DNA of 64,000 nucleotides from a virus. This document shows, one piece after another, positions 18,515 through 27,571 of the stretch. The DNA lies in the IMG/VR virus record IMGVR_UViG_3300045284_000330, positions 10,157-74,156 of that record; one strand, 5' to 3'. The notes beneath the pieces are model-generated. The model searched no databases. It saw only the letters and a program-made list of their open reading frames with translations, and was not told the DNA's origin. The translations under genes were made by a program, and so were the position numbers. Positions within the stretch are counted from its first letter, which is position 1. The number at the start of each line of letters is the position of its first letter.

Positions 18515-19366
18515 TTGCGCGTGACGCCACTCGCCTTCGAGTTGATGCGCGATCTCACGACGCCGTGCGCCCTTCACGTGCGAGATTATCGGGATTGGTC
18601 TGGCCGTGAACCGCTGAACGATAAGGCCTGCCGAGCCGAACTATGGAAGGCGGCGAACGAAAGTCAATTTTTTGAGCTATCCGCAATCGCGTCGCTTTGC
18701 GAAGAAAGCGGCGAAAAGATGCGTGCGTATTACGAGAATTCTCACAGGTGGAATAGTCGGCTCGCATTCCTGCCTGCAGTCAAAACGTGGATCGAATTTG
18801 ATTTTGGCGTAGATCGGCAAGCTTATTGCCTCGATAGCGGTGATGATCCACTCGGAACTGCACATTTTGCGATAATCGCACGCAGACCACATCAGCCATG
18901 GACTTTCTGGCGACTCGGGGACATCGGAATGGTGAAATCCGAAGAAAAACCACATACTCTCACCTGCAACGCTGACAACGGAAAACGCAAGGGCGAAGCG
19001 TCCGAGCTGCAGTTCTTGGTCTACGCCGCGCTCGCCTTCATCAATTCGCCTCGCATCATTGGTCGACGGCAGCACATGCCGCATGAGAGAGCCGAACGCG
19101 AACGGTTAAAATCGCGAGGGCTCGCAGGCAAGTTTCCATTGCGCGCGTGGACCGAGATCATCCTCAAGGTGATGCCGCCCGACGACAAGACTGGCGAACC
19201 CTCGCAAGAGGCGCACCTGACCGGCGAGCGCTGCCTACATTTCGTCCGCACGTTTTTGCGCGTGCGCCTCGGCCAGCTCGAGTATGTGAATTGCCATTGG
19301 CGCGGCGACCCAGCGCTCGGCATGAAGCGGTCGCGGTACATCCTGCGGCCAGAGGAGCGCGCATGA
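18515..19366 (+). CDS. Phage hypothetical protein
   Basis: Long ORF ending LHFVRTFLR..G..EYV..HWRGDP.LG. Confidence 0.6.
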   Translation: MRVTPLAFELMRDLTTPCALHVRDYRDWSGREPLNDKACRAELWKAANESQFFELSAIASLCEESGEKMRAYYENSHRWNSRLAFLPAVKTWIEFDFGVDRQAYCLDSGDDPLGTAHFAIIARRPHQPWTFWRLGDIGMVKSEEKPHTLTCNADNGKRKGEASELQFLVYAALAFINSPRIIGRRQHMPHERAERERLKSRGLAGKFPLRAWTEIILKVMPPDDKTGEPSQEAHLTGERCLHFVRTFLRVRLGQLEYVNCHWRGDPALGMKRSRYILRPEERA

Positions 19367-20322
19367 TCGAAACGTTTGACATCACCGGGCGCCACGATCT
19401 GTGGTCCGAATTGCGCAAGGGCCAGGTGACGGCCAGCGCGGTCGCCGCGCTGCTCGACGCACACCCGTTTATGTCGCGTCTCGGCCTCCATCTTTTGAAG
19501 TCTGATTTGATCGCCGAGGACCCGGAGGAGACCGCGCCGATGAAACGCGGGCGGTTACTCGAACCAGTTGCCGCGCAACTGCTAAGCGAGCTTCGGCCGA
19601 ATTGGAAAATACAGTATCCGGTTGGGCTTTATTTCCGCGATACGGAGGCGAGGCTCGGGGCGACGCCGGATTGTTTTGCAACAGACGAAAACGGCAAGTT
19701 GGGTGTTGTCCAATTCAAATCGGTCGAGGAGACCTTTTTCAGGCGCCTCTGGCGCGACGAAGACCGCGCGATCTCGCCGCCGCTCTATCCGGTGATTCAG
19801 GCAATCACCGAGGCATATCTGACCAGCGCGAGCTGGGCCGCGGTCGCCGCGCTTGTGATTGGTTTCGGCGTCGAACTTCACATCGTCGAAATTCCCATTC
19901 ACGCAGGCGTCATCGATCGGATCAAGGCCGAGGTGCGCGAATTTTGGGACCGCATCGAGCGGAAGGACCCACCGCCGGCGGACTACGCTCGGGACAGCAA
20001 ACTGATTGCAAAACTATTCCCAGAAAGCGACGGGCACATTATCGACCTGTCTTCCGATAATATGCTGCCGGAACTCGCCGTCCAGGATCGCGCTTTGGCT
20101 GACGAGATCAAGGAACGAAAAGAACGCCGCGAGGCCATCAAGAGCGAAATCCTGATGAAGCTCGGAACGGCCTCGGGCGCGACCTTTCAGGGCGGCCGCA
20201 TCACGGCGAACACCGTTCACCGCAAAGCTTATACCGTCGCTGCAACCGCATATCGAGATCTGCGAATAAAGCTCGAAGATCATGGAGGACCGCATCATGG
20301 AAGTGAAATGCATCGAGGTTAG
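19363..20322 (+). CDS. YqaJ-like viral recombinase exonuclease
   Basis: W..LR...VTAS, RGRLLEP, LGATPD, QFKS. Confidence 0.85.
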   Translation: MIETFDITGRHDLWSELRKGQVTASAVAALLDAHPFMSRLGLHLLKSDLIAEDPEETAPMKRGRLLEPVAAQLLSELRPNWKIQYPVGLYFRDTEARLGATPDCFATDENGKLGVVQFKSVEETFFRRLWRDEDRAISPPLYPVIQAITEAYLTSASWAAVAALVIGFGVELHIVEIPIHAGVIDRIKAEVREFWDRIERKDPPPADYARDSKLIAKLFPESDGHIIDLSSDNMLPELAVQDRALADEIKERKERREAIKSEILMKLGTASGATFQGGRITANTVHRKAYTVAATAYRDLRIKLEDHGGPHHGSEMHRG

Positions 20323-20635
20323 GGATCATAATACGTTTCTCCCCGTGATCTGCATCCGCCCGGTTCCGACGAATGCGGAGCAGCGCTATCTCCTGCGGCG
20401 CGATGGGTATCGCGGGGACGCGACGGAGCGCTGCATCATCATGATCGACGCGCAGTGCCGCGGCGTTTCTTACGATCCCTATGACTGGCAAGGTGACAAC
20501 AGAACCAAGCCGGTGGCGCATAATTTCATCGCAGAGCATTGGGATGATTTGCGGGATGGCGATGTCGTGGATGTCGCGTTTATTCTCGGCGAAGCCGAAG
20601 AACGAAAGATCAGCGAGCGCGAGGAAGCAGTTTGA
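20297..20635 (+). CDS. Phage hypothetical protein
   Basis: IEVRD..TF.P...YLLRR.GY...DPYDW...RT...AH..I..HWD.L.DGDVVDV.FILGE. Confidence 0.65.
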   Translation: MEVKCIEVRDHNTFLPVICIRPVPTNAEQRYLLRRDGYRGDATERCIIMIDAQCRGVSYDPYDWQGDNRTKPVAHNFIAEHWDDLRDGDVVDVAFILGEAEERKISEREEAV

Positions 20636-20793
20636 GACCTGGCAAGGCAGGACTTGGCGCGGCGAGGCGAGGCATGGCAAGGCGGGGCCGGGCAAGGCTT
20701 GGCGAGGCATGGGGCCGTATGGCCGGTTCAGTTTCAGTTGGGCGGGGCAAGGCACGGCGTGGCAGGGCAAGGTAGGGCACGGTTTTTACCGTG
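20636..20793 (+). ncRNA. GGY-NN pentamer repeat array with terminal hairpins (candidate guide-like RNA)
   Basis: 14 pentamers at 20641-20710 (13 GGC, 1 GAC), hairpin GGCC-GTAT-GGCC at 20713-20724, 9 GGY pentamers at 20741-20785, hairpin CACGGT-TTTT-ACCGTG at 20778-20793. Confidence 0.65.
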
Positions 20794-20811
20794 AAAACGG
20801 AGCAAACAGCT

Positions 20812-21804
20812 ATGAACGAGATGCCAAATCAGGTCGCCGTCTTTCGACACGAATTGCAAAACATGGAACCGCAGTTCGCCGCGGCACTGCCGCCGCATAT
20901 CACCGTTGCGCGTTTTGCGCGCGTTTTACAAACCGCCGTCCAGAACAATCCAGACCTGCTCTACAAATGTGACCGTCGGTCGCTCTGGAACTCCGCGATG
21001 AAGTGCGCCCAGGATGGGTTGGTCGCCGACAATCGTGAGGCCGCCATCGTTGTTTATGGTGACCAAGCTCAATATCTCCCGATGATTGCTGGACTCCGCA
21101 AGAAGGCGCGCAACTCTGGCGAGATCGCGACGTGGGATGCGCAGGTCGTTCACGCCAAGGACGCATTCGAATTCGAGCTTGGCGACGAACCGTTTATCCG
21201 GCACCGGCCTTGCCTCGACGAAGACCCGGGGCCGGTGAGGGCGGCATATTCGGTCGCGGTGCTCAAGTCCGGCGAAAAATCTCGTGAGGTCATGTCGGTG
21301 ACCGCCATCGAAAAGGTGCGCGCGCGCTCACGCGCTAAGAAGGGCGGGCCGTGGTTTACCGACTATGAAGAGATGTGTCGGAAGACCGTGGCTCGCCGGC
21401 ATTCCAAAGTCCTACCAACTTCGGTAGATATCGACACTCTCCTGCAGCGCGATGACGACCTCTATGATCTTAAGACCGGTGCCGGCGATGGCGGCATCGC
21501 GCCAGGCGAAAAGCCGCGGACGCTCGCCGGCCGCCTCGACGCCTTGGCGGGGCCAGTCCGAGAAACCGTCCTGGCATCTCGGGAACACCGCCAGGACGGC
21601 GACGAAGGGGCGGGCGCGGGGGACGCAGACGGGGCGCCCGCCCCCGCACAGAATTCCGCTGTGGACCTTCAGCCGCCTGCATCGGCGCAGGCCGCAGGCT
21701 CGGCGAGCCCGGCGAAGACGCCCGCGGCCGACACCACCGAGGCGCGCGCATACCGGCCGGGAACCGGTGGCGCGCGCCTGTCTGATCTCGATGTGGGGGA
21801 ATGA
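20812..21804 (+). CDS. recT: RecT family ssDNA-annealing protein
   Basis: ALPPHI...RF.R...CAQDGL...M..GL...ARNSGEI...PW..DYEEM.RKTV.RR.SK.LP. Confidence 0.9.
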   Translation: MNEMPNQVAVFRHELQNMEPQFAAALPPHITVARFARVLQTAVQNNPDLLYKCDRRSLWNSAMKCAQDGLVADNREAAIVVYGDQAQYLPMIAGLRKKARNSGEIATWDAQVVHAKDAFEFELGDEPFIRHRPCLDEDPGPVRAAYSVAVLKSGEKSREVMSVTAIEKVRARSRAKKGGPWFTDYEEMCRKTVARRHSKVLPTSVDIDTLLQRDDDLYDLKTGAGDGGIAPGEKPRTLAGRLDALAGPVRETVLASREHRQDGDEGAGAGDADGAPAPAQNSAVDLQPPASAQAAGSASPAKTPAADTTEARAYRPGTGGARLSDLDVGE

Positions 21805-21807
21805 CAC

Positions 21808-22803
21808 TTGGCCCGTCGCATTATCACTCGTGAGAAAGCTCGTCGCATTATCACTCGTGAGGAAGCCATCCAGGCGGGGGCTAAATACTACTTCACTGGC
21901 AAGCCATGCAAGCGCGGGCACTTAAAACGCTATGCCAGCACTACAAGATGCGTAGAATGCACTCTTGCTGGCTGCCGGCTGTATGAGAAGATGAACGCAG
22001 ATAAGGTTAGAACATGGGGTAGATTATACCGGCAAAAGAACCTGGCCAAATTGGCAGCGTACCACCGGCGCTGGTACCAAAAAAATCGCGAGACACTTAG
22101 TGTTCGAGGTAAATTATATCGGCAAAAAAACGCGGATAAGATTAAAACACGCGACCGGCTGTATCGAGAACAGAATCGCGATAGTTTGAAAGCCTACCGG
22201 AAGAAGAATGCTGATAGGCGAAAAGCGCGCTACCGTGAATGGTGGCTAAAGAATTTGGATAAGAATAAGGCGCGCCGCAGATTGTACGTCCAAAAGAATG
22301 CGGAAAAGATTAGAGAACGCCGGCGGCTCCAGAGGCAAAAGAGTGCGGACCAGCGCAGGGCATACAGGCAATTGTATTATGAAAAGAACCGCGTAAAGAT
22401 TATTGCTGCCAATCGTCTGTATTTTAAAGAAAATGCGGAAAAGATTAGAGAACGCCGGCGAGTGCACAGACAAAAGAACGCGGATAAAATCAAGGCGGCT
22501 CGGTCGGCGTACCGCAGAAAGAATCATGACATCCTCGTCGCATACAATCGGCGATATCATCTGGTGAATAATATTGCCGTTACCGCGCTGAGACAATTAG
22601 GAATTGAAATGTCGGCAGTGGGGCGCGGCCATCGCGGCAGCTTTGCCGCGGCCGCGCTGAAGCAGTTGGGAATTAAACTCAGGGAGGACGACAATGTTAG
22701 GCGAACGAAGCCCGCTGCAGCTATTGACCAATTTGATCGAAGAGGAGCCCACCGCGGATCAGGATACGATTTACCACAAGTGGCGAGCAAAGATCGCCGA
22801 TGA
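21808..22803 (+). CDS. HNH-family N-terminal Zn domain plus long basic helical repeats, no nuclease domain seen
   Basis: YFTGKPCKRGH...CVEC followed by many YRQKNADKIK-like repeats; AT-rich. Confidence 0.6.
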   Translation: MARRIITREKARRIITREEAIQAGAKYYFTGKPCKRGHLKRYASTTRCVECTLAGCRLYEKMNADKVRTWGRLYRQKNLAKLAAYHRRWYQKNRETLSVRGKLYRQKNADKIKTRDRLYREQNRDSLKAYRKKNADRRKARYREWWLKNLDKNKARRRLYVQKNAEKIRERRRLQRQKSADQRRAYRQLYYEKNRVKIIAANRLYFKENAEKIRERRRVHRQKNADKIKAARSAYRRKNHDILVAYNRRYHLVNNIAVTALRQLGIEMSAVGRGHRGSFAAAALKQLGIKLREDDNVRRTKPAAAIDQFDRRGAHRGSGYDLPQVASKDRR

Positions 22804-22892
22804 TCCTAAACTCGAAGAAGCCGCATTAATACACCTGTTTGATTCGTGTTGGTCGGCTGAGCCACAGCCACTCTAAAGGGAGGAAAGACACA

Positions 22893-23378
22893 ATGTTACA
22901 CACGTCATCACGCAAGGGCGCATCAGCCACTCGCCGGTTCGGCAAGCGAAGCCTGCTGCAACTGTTGATCAACCTGATCGAAGGCGATCCGACCGCCGAC
23001 AAGGAAAGAATGTTCCACAAGTGGCGGGCGGAGATCATCGACGACCCTGAAGATGTGGATGCTGCACTGCTCCACTGTTTCACGAATTTATGGGAAACAC
23101 TTCAAAAAGACAGGCAAGCGCCGCAGCGGCGAAAACCAATCGTGAGAAGCCGCGAGGAGCGGCAGGCTCAAGTGAATGCGCTTAAGGAAAGGATCGTGCA
23201 GAAGGTTCTAACGCTCAATTTCGTCATGCCTAACGGCAAGCGGCTCGCCGACTGCACTGGCACAGAGGTCAGCAGATACGGAATTATCTTCGCCGCGATC
23301 GCCAGGAAGGCTGGCAAGCAATTGGTCGGGGCGGTGTTTAAGACAGACAGACAATTGCTGACGGCTGGAGAGCCATGA
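22893..23378 (+). CDS. Phage hypothetical protein (N-terminus duplicated at 22694-22876)
   Basis: MPNGKRLADCTG.E; GGAGG RBS. Confidence 0.6.
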   Translation: MLHTSSRKGASATRRFGKRSLLQLLINLIEGDPTADKERMFHKWRAEIIDDPEDVDAALLHCFTNLWETLQKDRQAPQRRKPIVRSREERQAQVNALKERIVQKVLTLNFVMPNGKRLADCTGTEVSRYGIIFAAIARKAGKQLVGAVFKTDRQLLTAGEP

Positions 23379-23577
23379 CCGACATCGCGCGCGCCAGGAT
23401 CGAGCTGATGAGAATTGCGCGGTCATTGACCTTCGTCGATCCCTGCACGGCGCGGCGGATCGAACTCGTCGTCGAAAACTATTTGGGTGGCGAACATGAA
23501 AGCAATGACGCCGTGCAACGTCAGAAGGTCTTGGATGACCCATTGCGCGGGTTTTCTGGGGTGGAAACGGGGGCAGA

Positions 23578-23811
23578 TTGATGGGCAAGCCGCACGTGGC
23601 AATCCCGTTCGGTGCTCGCTTCGGGCGGCTGCACGCGCAGGCGCGGACCTTCGGCGATAAAAGGGGCGCGCGATACACGTTTCGATGCGAGTGCGGGAAC
23701 ACGATCGTCGCCCACGCAGTCGACGTGCGCCGCGGCCAGCGAAAGACGTGCGGCTGTTTCTTGCGCTATCGGACCAAGCCGCCGGTGCCGCTACCGGACA
23801 AGACACCATGA
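23578..23811 (+). CDS. Stand-alone AP2/HNH-associated N-terminal domain
   Basis: GARFGRL...FRCECGN...VRRG..KTCGC. Confidence 0.6.
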   Translation: MMGKPHVAIPFGARFGRLHAQARTFGDKRGARYTFRCECGNTIVAHAVDVRRGQRKTCGCFLRYRTKPPVPLPDKTP

Positions 23812-24121
23812 GCAGCGACACCGCCACCATTCCTGTGCCGTGCAACGGCTGCCGCGCGATGAAGCGATCAGGCATCGTCGGCCAAGTCACCCGATCACGG
23901 CGCAGACAGCCAAATGGCTCAAGCCGAAGGAGGCCACGTCATGAGCATTTCGACCACGGCGCTCGGCTTCAAATACCAGGCCGAGGGCATCAAATTGACG
24001 ACGGTCAAAACGTTCTTCGAGTTCATCGGGTTGCTGGTCACCGGGGTCGCCATGGTCGCCACGCTTGCGGTTCTGCAGATTGCGACGCTCAAGAGAATGC
24101 ATCGCCGCCGAGGAAAGGGCC

Positions 24122-24322
24122 ATGAAAACCGCCGTCATTGATTACACGAACTGGCGCGGCGAGCGCCGCAATCGGCGCATCCGGCCGACGGGGCTGGCGT
24201 TCACGTCGAACGAATATCACGCACAGCCGTGCTGGATGCTGCTCGCGCGTGATCTCGACAGCAACGAGGACCGGACATTCCCGCTTCAGAGTATTCACCG
24301 ATGGGAGGACCGTGATGGATGA
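24122..24322 (+). CDS. Small WYL-like domain protein
   Basis: IDYTNWRGE...R.I.P...YH..P.W.L.A.DLD..EDRTF.L..I. Confidence 0.7.
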   Translation: MKTAVIDYTNWRGERRNRRIRPTGLAFTSNEYHAQPCWMLLARDLDSNEDRTFPLQSIHRWEDRDG

Positions 24323-24507
24323 AACCATGCAGGTGCCGCCAGAAATTCCGCACGCTCACAGCATCAGGATCGCCCGGTGCACCGACCCGGGTTGCGCTGC
24401 CGCGCATGTCCTCTTGCTCGATGAGGCCGGCGAGATATTTGCCCAGATCGTCATTGATGCCGAGCGATTGATTGAGCGCTTGCATGAGCTGGATGAGGGG
24501 GCGCCCC

Positions 24508-24789
24508 ATGCACACTAAATTATTCCTGGCCCAAGAGCTTCGCGCCGCCGGCCTTCACGAGATGGCCGAGCTAGCCGCCAACGGGTTTTATCATGATTTC
24601 GAAAGTCCCCTCGCGCTGCCCGAGGTGCAGCTCGACCGTGACCTGTTCGCCGCCGGCACTCCCGAGGCGATGGCGTTGCGCAAGCGGCACCATAACGGCG
24701 AATTCGATGCCTCGGTCGAGGAGAGCGAGGCGTGGGCGGCCAGCGCCGACGGGCGCGAGGCCATCAACAAGTTGATCCGCGGAGAGTAA
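24508..24789 (+). CDS. Phage hypothetical protein
   Basis: LA.EL..AGL..MA..A..G.YHDFESPL...NGEFDA..EES..W. Confidence 0.6.
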   Translation: MHTKLFLAQELRAAGLHEMAELAANGFYHDFESPLALPEVQLDRDLFAAGTPEAMALRKRHHNGEFDASVEESEAWAASADGREAINKLIRGE

Positions 24790-24795
24790 ATCCCC

Positions 24796-25494
24796 ATGAA
24801 CACCCACGCATTGCGTCAGAGCCTGCCGCCGCTGCCGGAGCGGATGAAACATCTGCCGCTCAACCATCAAGGATTCCCAGTTCCTTGGTTTGTGGCGTGG
24901 TTAAAAGACGGCAAACCTTGCGATCCTGGCCGGGGCGAGCCGGATTTCCGTGTGATCGATACGCCCAAGCTCGGCATCGCCGTGCGACAGAAACGCTGCT
25001 GGGTTTGCGGCGGCTTTCTCGGCCGCCATCTCGCATTCGTGATCGGTCCGATGTGTGCGATCAACCGGGTGATTTCCGAACCGCCGTCGCACCTCGAATG
25101 CGCGATCTTTTCCGCGACGGCGTGTCCATTTATGTCGCAGCCGCGGATGCGGAGGGACGAGAAGGATTTGCCGGACGGCAAAGCGGCCGCCGGCTTCGGC
25201 ATCAAGCGCAATCCGGGTGTCGCCTGTGTGTGGGTGACGCGGAGCTTCACCACGTTCCAGCCGCATGCTGGTGCGCCCGGCGTGCTGTTCGATCTGGGCG
25301 AACCGGAAGAGGTTCTTTGGTTCGCACACGGCCGGGCGGCAACCCGCGAGGAGGTGGTGGCGTCGATTGACAGCGGCTATCCGGCACTGCTCGAGATTGC
25401 GGCGCAGGAGGGGTCCGAGGCTGTTCGCGCACTCGATCAGGATCGCAAGCGCGCCATGCCGCTGCTGCCGAAGGAGGGGGCGCATGACGGCTGA
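24796..25494 (+). CDS. Phage Cys-cluster protein
   Basis: PVPWFV..PDFRV..CWVCG..GPMC..EPPSH.EC..ACPF. Confidence 0.65.
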   Translation: MNTHALRQSLPPLPERMKHLPLNHQGFPVPWFVAWLKDGKPCDPGRGEPDFRVIDTPKLGIAVRQKRCWVCGGFLGRHLAFVIGPMCAINRVISEPPSHLECAIFSATACPFMSQPRMRRDEKDLPDGKAAAGFGIKRNPGVACVWVTRSFTTFQPHAGAPGVLFDLGEPEEVLWFAHGRAATREEVVASIDSGYPALLEIAAQEGSEAVRALDQDRKRAMPLLPKEGAHDG

Positions 25495-25834
25495 TGTAGA
25501 CGACGAGCGCATCCGACTGTTTTTCTCCAGGACATTGCGGGGAGTCATCCGGCAGATCGCCAAGGTGTTTGAAGTTTCGGAACGCGAGCTGCTGGGGGAA
25601 TCGCGACGCATGGCCATCGCCAAGAAGCGCCAGGCCGCCATGGCAATTTGCTGCAGGATCAGCGGCAAAGGCTTGCTGCACATTGGCCGGGCTTTCGGCC
25701 GTGATCATTCCACCATCCACCATGGCAGGGAGATGATGGCCGCCCACATTGCGGCTGTGGCTGCCGAGCTTCCACCCGATGCAACGGCGGCCGATTGGGC
25801 GATGGCGATGAAGCGGAGGATCAAGCCGCTATGA
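25484..25834 (+). CDS. DnaA C-terminal-like HTH protein
   Basis: ELLGESR...RQAAM.....L.HIGRAFGRDHSTIHHG. Confidence 0.8.
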   Translation: MTADVDDERIRLFFSRTLRGVIRQIAKVFEVSERELLGESRRMAIAKKRQAAMAICCRISGKGLLHIGRAFGRDHSTIHHGREMMAAHIAAVAAELPPDATAADWAMAMKRRIKPL

Positions 25835-26013
25835 CGCGAATTGCCGGCCAATGATACGAGGGCCAGGGTCGGAGGTCCGGGACAGGAAGGCGGGATGCGG
25901 GGCCGGCGAAGGGTGTGGTTTGACCGTCACAATGCCGCCGATCCACCCAAACCGTGAGACGGAATGACTCGTAAAGCTGGGCTTTATGATCCGCCTGCGA
26001 GAGGCTAAACTAA

Positions 26014-26358
26014 ATGATTGAGCGCAAGCGGGAACGCGGCACCATCAGCGACGCCATGGGCATTCTCGGGATCGACAAGGCCCGGACCATCGAGGCCATG
26101 GCGGCCCGCGGGATCATTCCCAGCGCGGCCAAGATCGGCCGGCGGTGGACGTTCAATCTCGCCGCGCTTCGAACATTTGTGAAGGATCAGGAGCGCGAGG
26201 CATGGCAAAGAAGCGAAAGGCACCCAAGGGCTGTTATTGGGTCGGGGATGTCCTCTACGGGCGCACGCGGATCAAGGGCAAGCTGGAACGGATCGCACTC
26301 GGAACAGATAATCCGGCGGTGGCGGTCGGGCGCCGGAAAGCATGGCACGAAAGTCTGA
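26014..26358 (+). CDS. Excisionase-like HTH protein
   Basis: AMGILG...TI..MAARG.IP.AAKIGRRWTF; operator at 25971-25987. Confidence 0.7.
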   Translation: MIERKRERGTISDAMGILGIDKARTIEAMAARGIIPSAAKIGRRWTFNLAALRTFVKDQEREAWQRSERHPRAVIGSGMSSTGARGSRASWNGSHSEQIIRRWRSGAGKHGTKV

Positions 26359-27269
26359 TCGCCGGCCGGGTATGGGGCGACGATGAAAAGACGTTCCCCC
26401 AGGTCGTCGAAGTGTGGGAAGCGTCCTACATCGCCGGCGACCGCTCGGCCGGCCCAAACACCGTCAAGCGCTACAAAGTGAGCCTCGGGCAGATCATGCC
26501 CATCATCGGCGACCGGCCGGTCAAGGCGGTCGACGCCAAGCTGATCCGCGAGGTCGTCGACGCCCGCCGCGCCGGCGGGGCGACCAACGCGACGCTGAAG
26601 CGCGACCTCGTCGCTCTGTCGAGCGTCATGAACTGCGCCGTCGCCCGCGAGTGGATCGACGCCAATCCGGTGCTGCCCCGGATGAAGGCGATCGTCGAGA
26701 AGCGCGAGCCGATCAATCTGCCGCGGCCAGCCGATGTCGAGCGGGTGATCGAGCGGGTGCCCGGTATGCTCAAGCAGCTCGTGCGGGCCGCAATCGTCAC
26801 CGGCTGCCGTCTCAATGAGCTGGTGACGGCCAAGCGCGCCGACATCGATCACGAGCGGGCGACCCTGACCGTGCTGGGCAAGCGCAACAAGCGGCGCACG
26901 ATCGAGCTGGCGCCGATGGGCGGGTATGAGTTGATCCGGTCGCTGCCGGTCTTCGCCGGGTCGCCCTATGTTTTCTGGCACCACGACGGCAAACCTTATC
27001 GAAACCTGTCGGCCCGGTTTGCTTGGCTCGTGAAGGAAACCGGCGAGCTGGCGGCTGCCGAGGGGGTCGACTTTGCCCCGTTCTGTTTCCACGATCTGCG
27101 GCACCTGCACGCGACCCACTACCTGCATCAGGGGATCGACAATCTGTGGGTGCTCTCGAAGCGCCTCGGGCATACCTCGACCAAGGTGACCGAGCGCTAT
27201 TTGCACGAGCTGAGCGAGGTCGAGGCAGCCGCGCAAATCCGCAAGGTCCAGCGGAGGAAGGCCGGATGA
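26202..27269 (+). CDS. int: Tyrosine integrase
   Basis: TGCRLNEL (R), GKRNK (K), FHDLRH, LGHTS..VTERY. Confidence 0.95.
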   Translation: MAKKRKAPKGCYWVGDVLYGRTRIKGKLERIALGTDNPAVAVGRRKAWHESLIAGRVWGDDEKTFPQVVEVWEASYIAGDRSAGPNTVKRYKVSLGQIMPIIGDRPVKAVDAKLIREVVDARRAGGATNATLKRDLVALSSVMNCAVAREWIDANPVLPRMKAIVEKREPINLPRPADVERVIERVPGMLKQLVRAAIVTGCRLNELVTAKRADIDHERATLTVLGKRNKRRTIELAPMGGYELIRSLPVFAGSPYVFWHHDGKPYRNLSARFAWLVKETGELAAAEGVDFAPFCFHDLRHLHATHYLHQGIDNLWVLSKRLGHTSTKVTERYLHELSEVEAAAQIRKVQRRKAG

Positions 27270-27571
27270 CTTCGGATCTCATGACGCCGCGCGAGGCCGC
27301 GGCGCAGCTTCGCGTCTCGATCAAGACGTTGAGGCTTCTGGTTGCTGATGGCGACTTGGCCTATGTCAACGTGGGGCGAGGACGGATCAAGGGGCGCATG
27401 ATGTTCACCGCGGCGGCTCTCGCCGAGTTCGTCGCCCGCCGCACGCAGCGGAGCCCCCCCGTTTTTGTGACGCCGCCGCGTTCCAAGCACCCAGACATAT
27501 CCCCGGAGGTCAGCGATTTTCTGAGACGACGGGAGGCGCGCAACAAAAAAAAGGCGCCGCCGGTATCATAA
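27266..27571 (+). CDS. Second excisionase-like HTH protein
   Basis: LMTPREAAAQLRVSIKTLRLLV.DG.L.YV.VG. Confidence 0.8.
   Translation: MTSDLMTPREAAAQLRVSIKTLRLLVADGDLAYVNVGRGRIKGRMMFTAAALAEFVARRTQRSPPVFVTPPRSKHPDISPEVSDFLRRREARNKKKAPPVS

Noticed and set aside
20731-20785. Tract 2 dinucleotides partly fit C-G-N-T codons of the CxCG gene near 23692
   Set aside because: Only about four consecutive dinucleotides match, which is within chance
20636-20793. CRISPR array
   Set aside because: No 23-50 bp repeats with unique spacers and no cas genes; the periodicity is 5 nt
20481-20972. ORFs 20481-20972 (+) and 20201-20770 (-) crossing the pentamer array
   Set aside because: Their WQGRTWRGEARHG / ALPCLASP text is the translation of a 5-nt repeat, and they overlap better-supported genes
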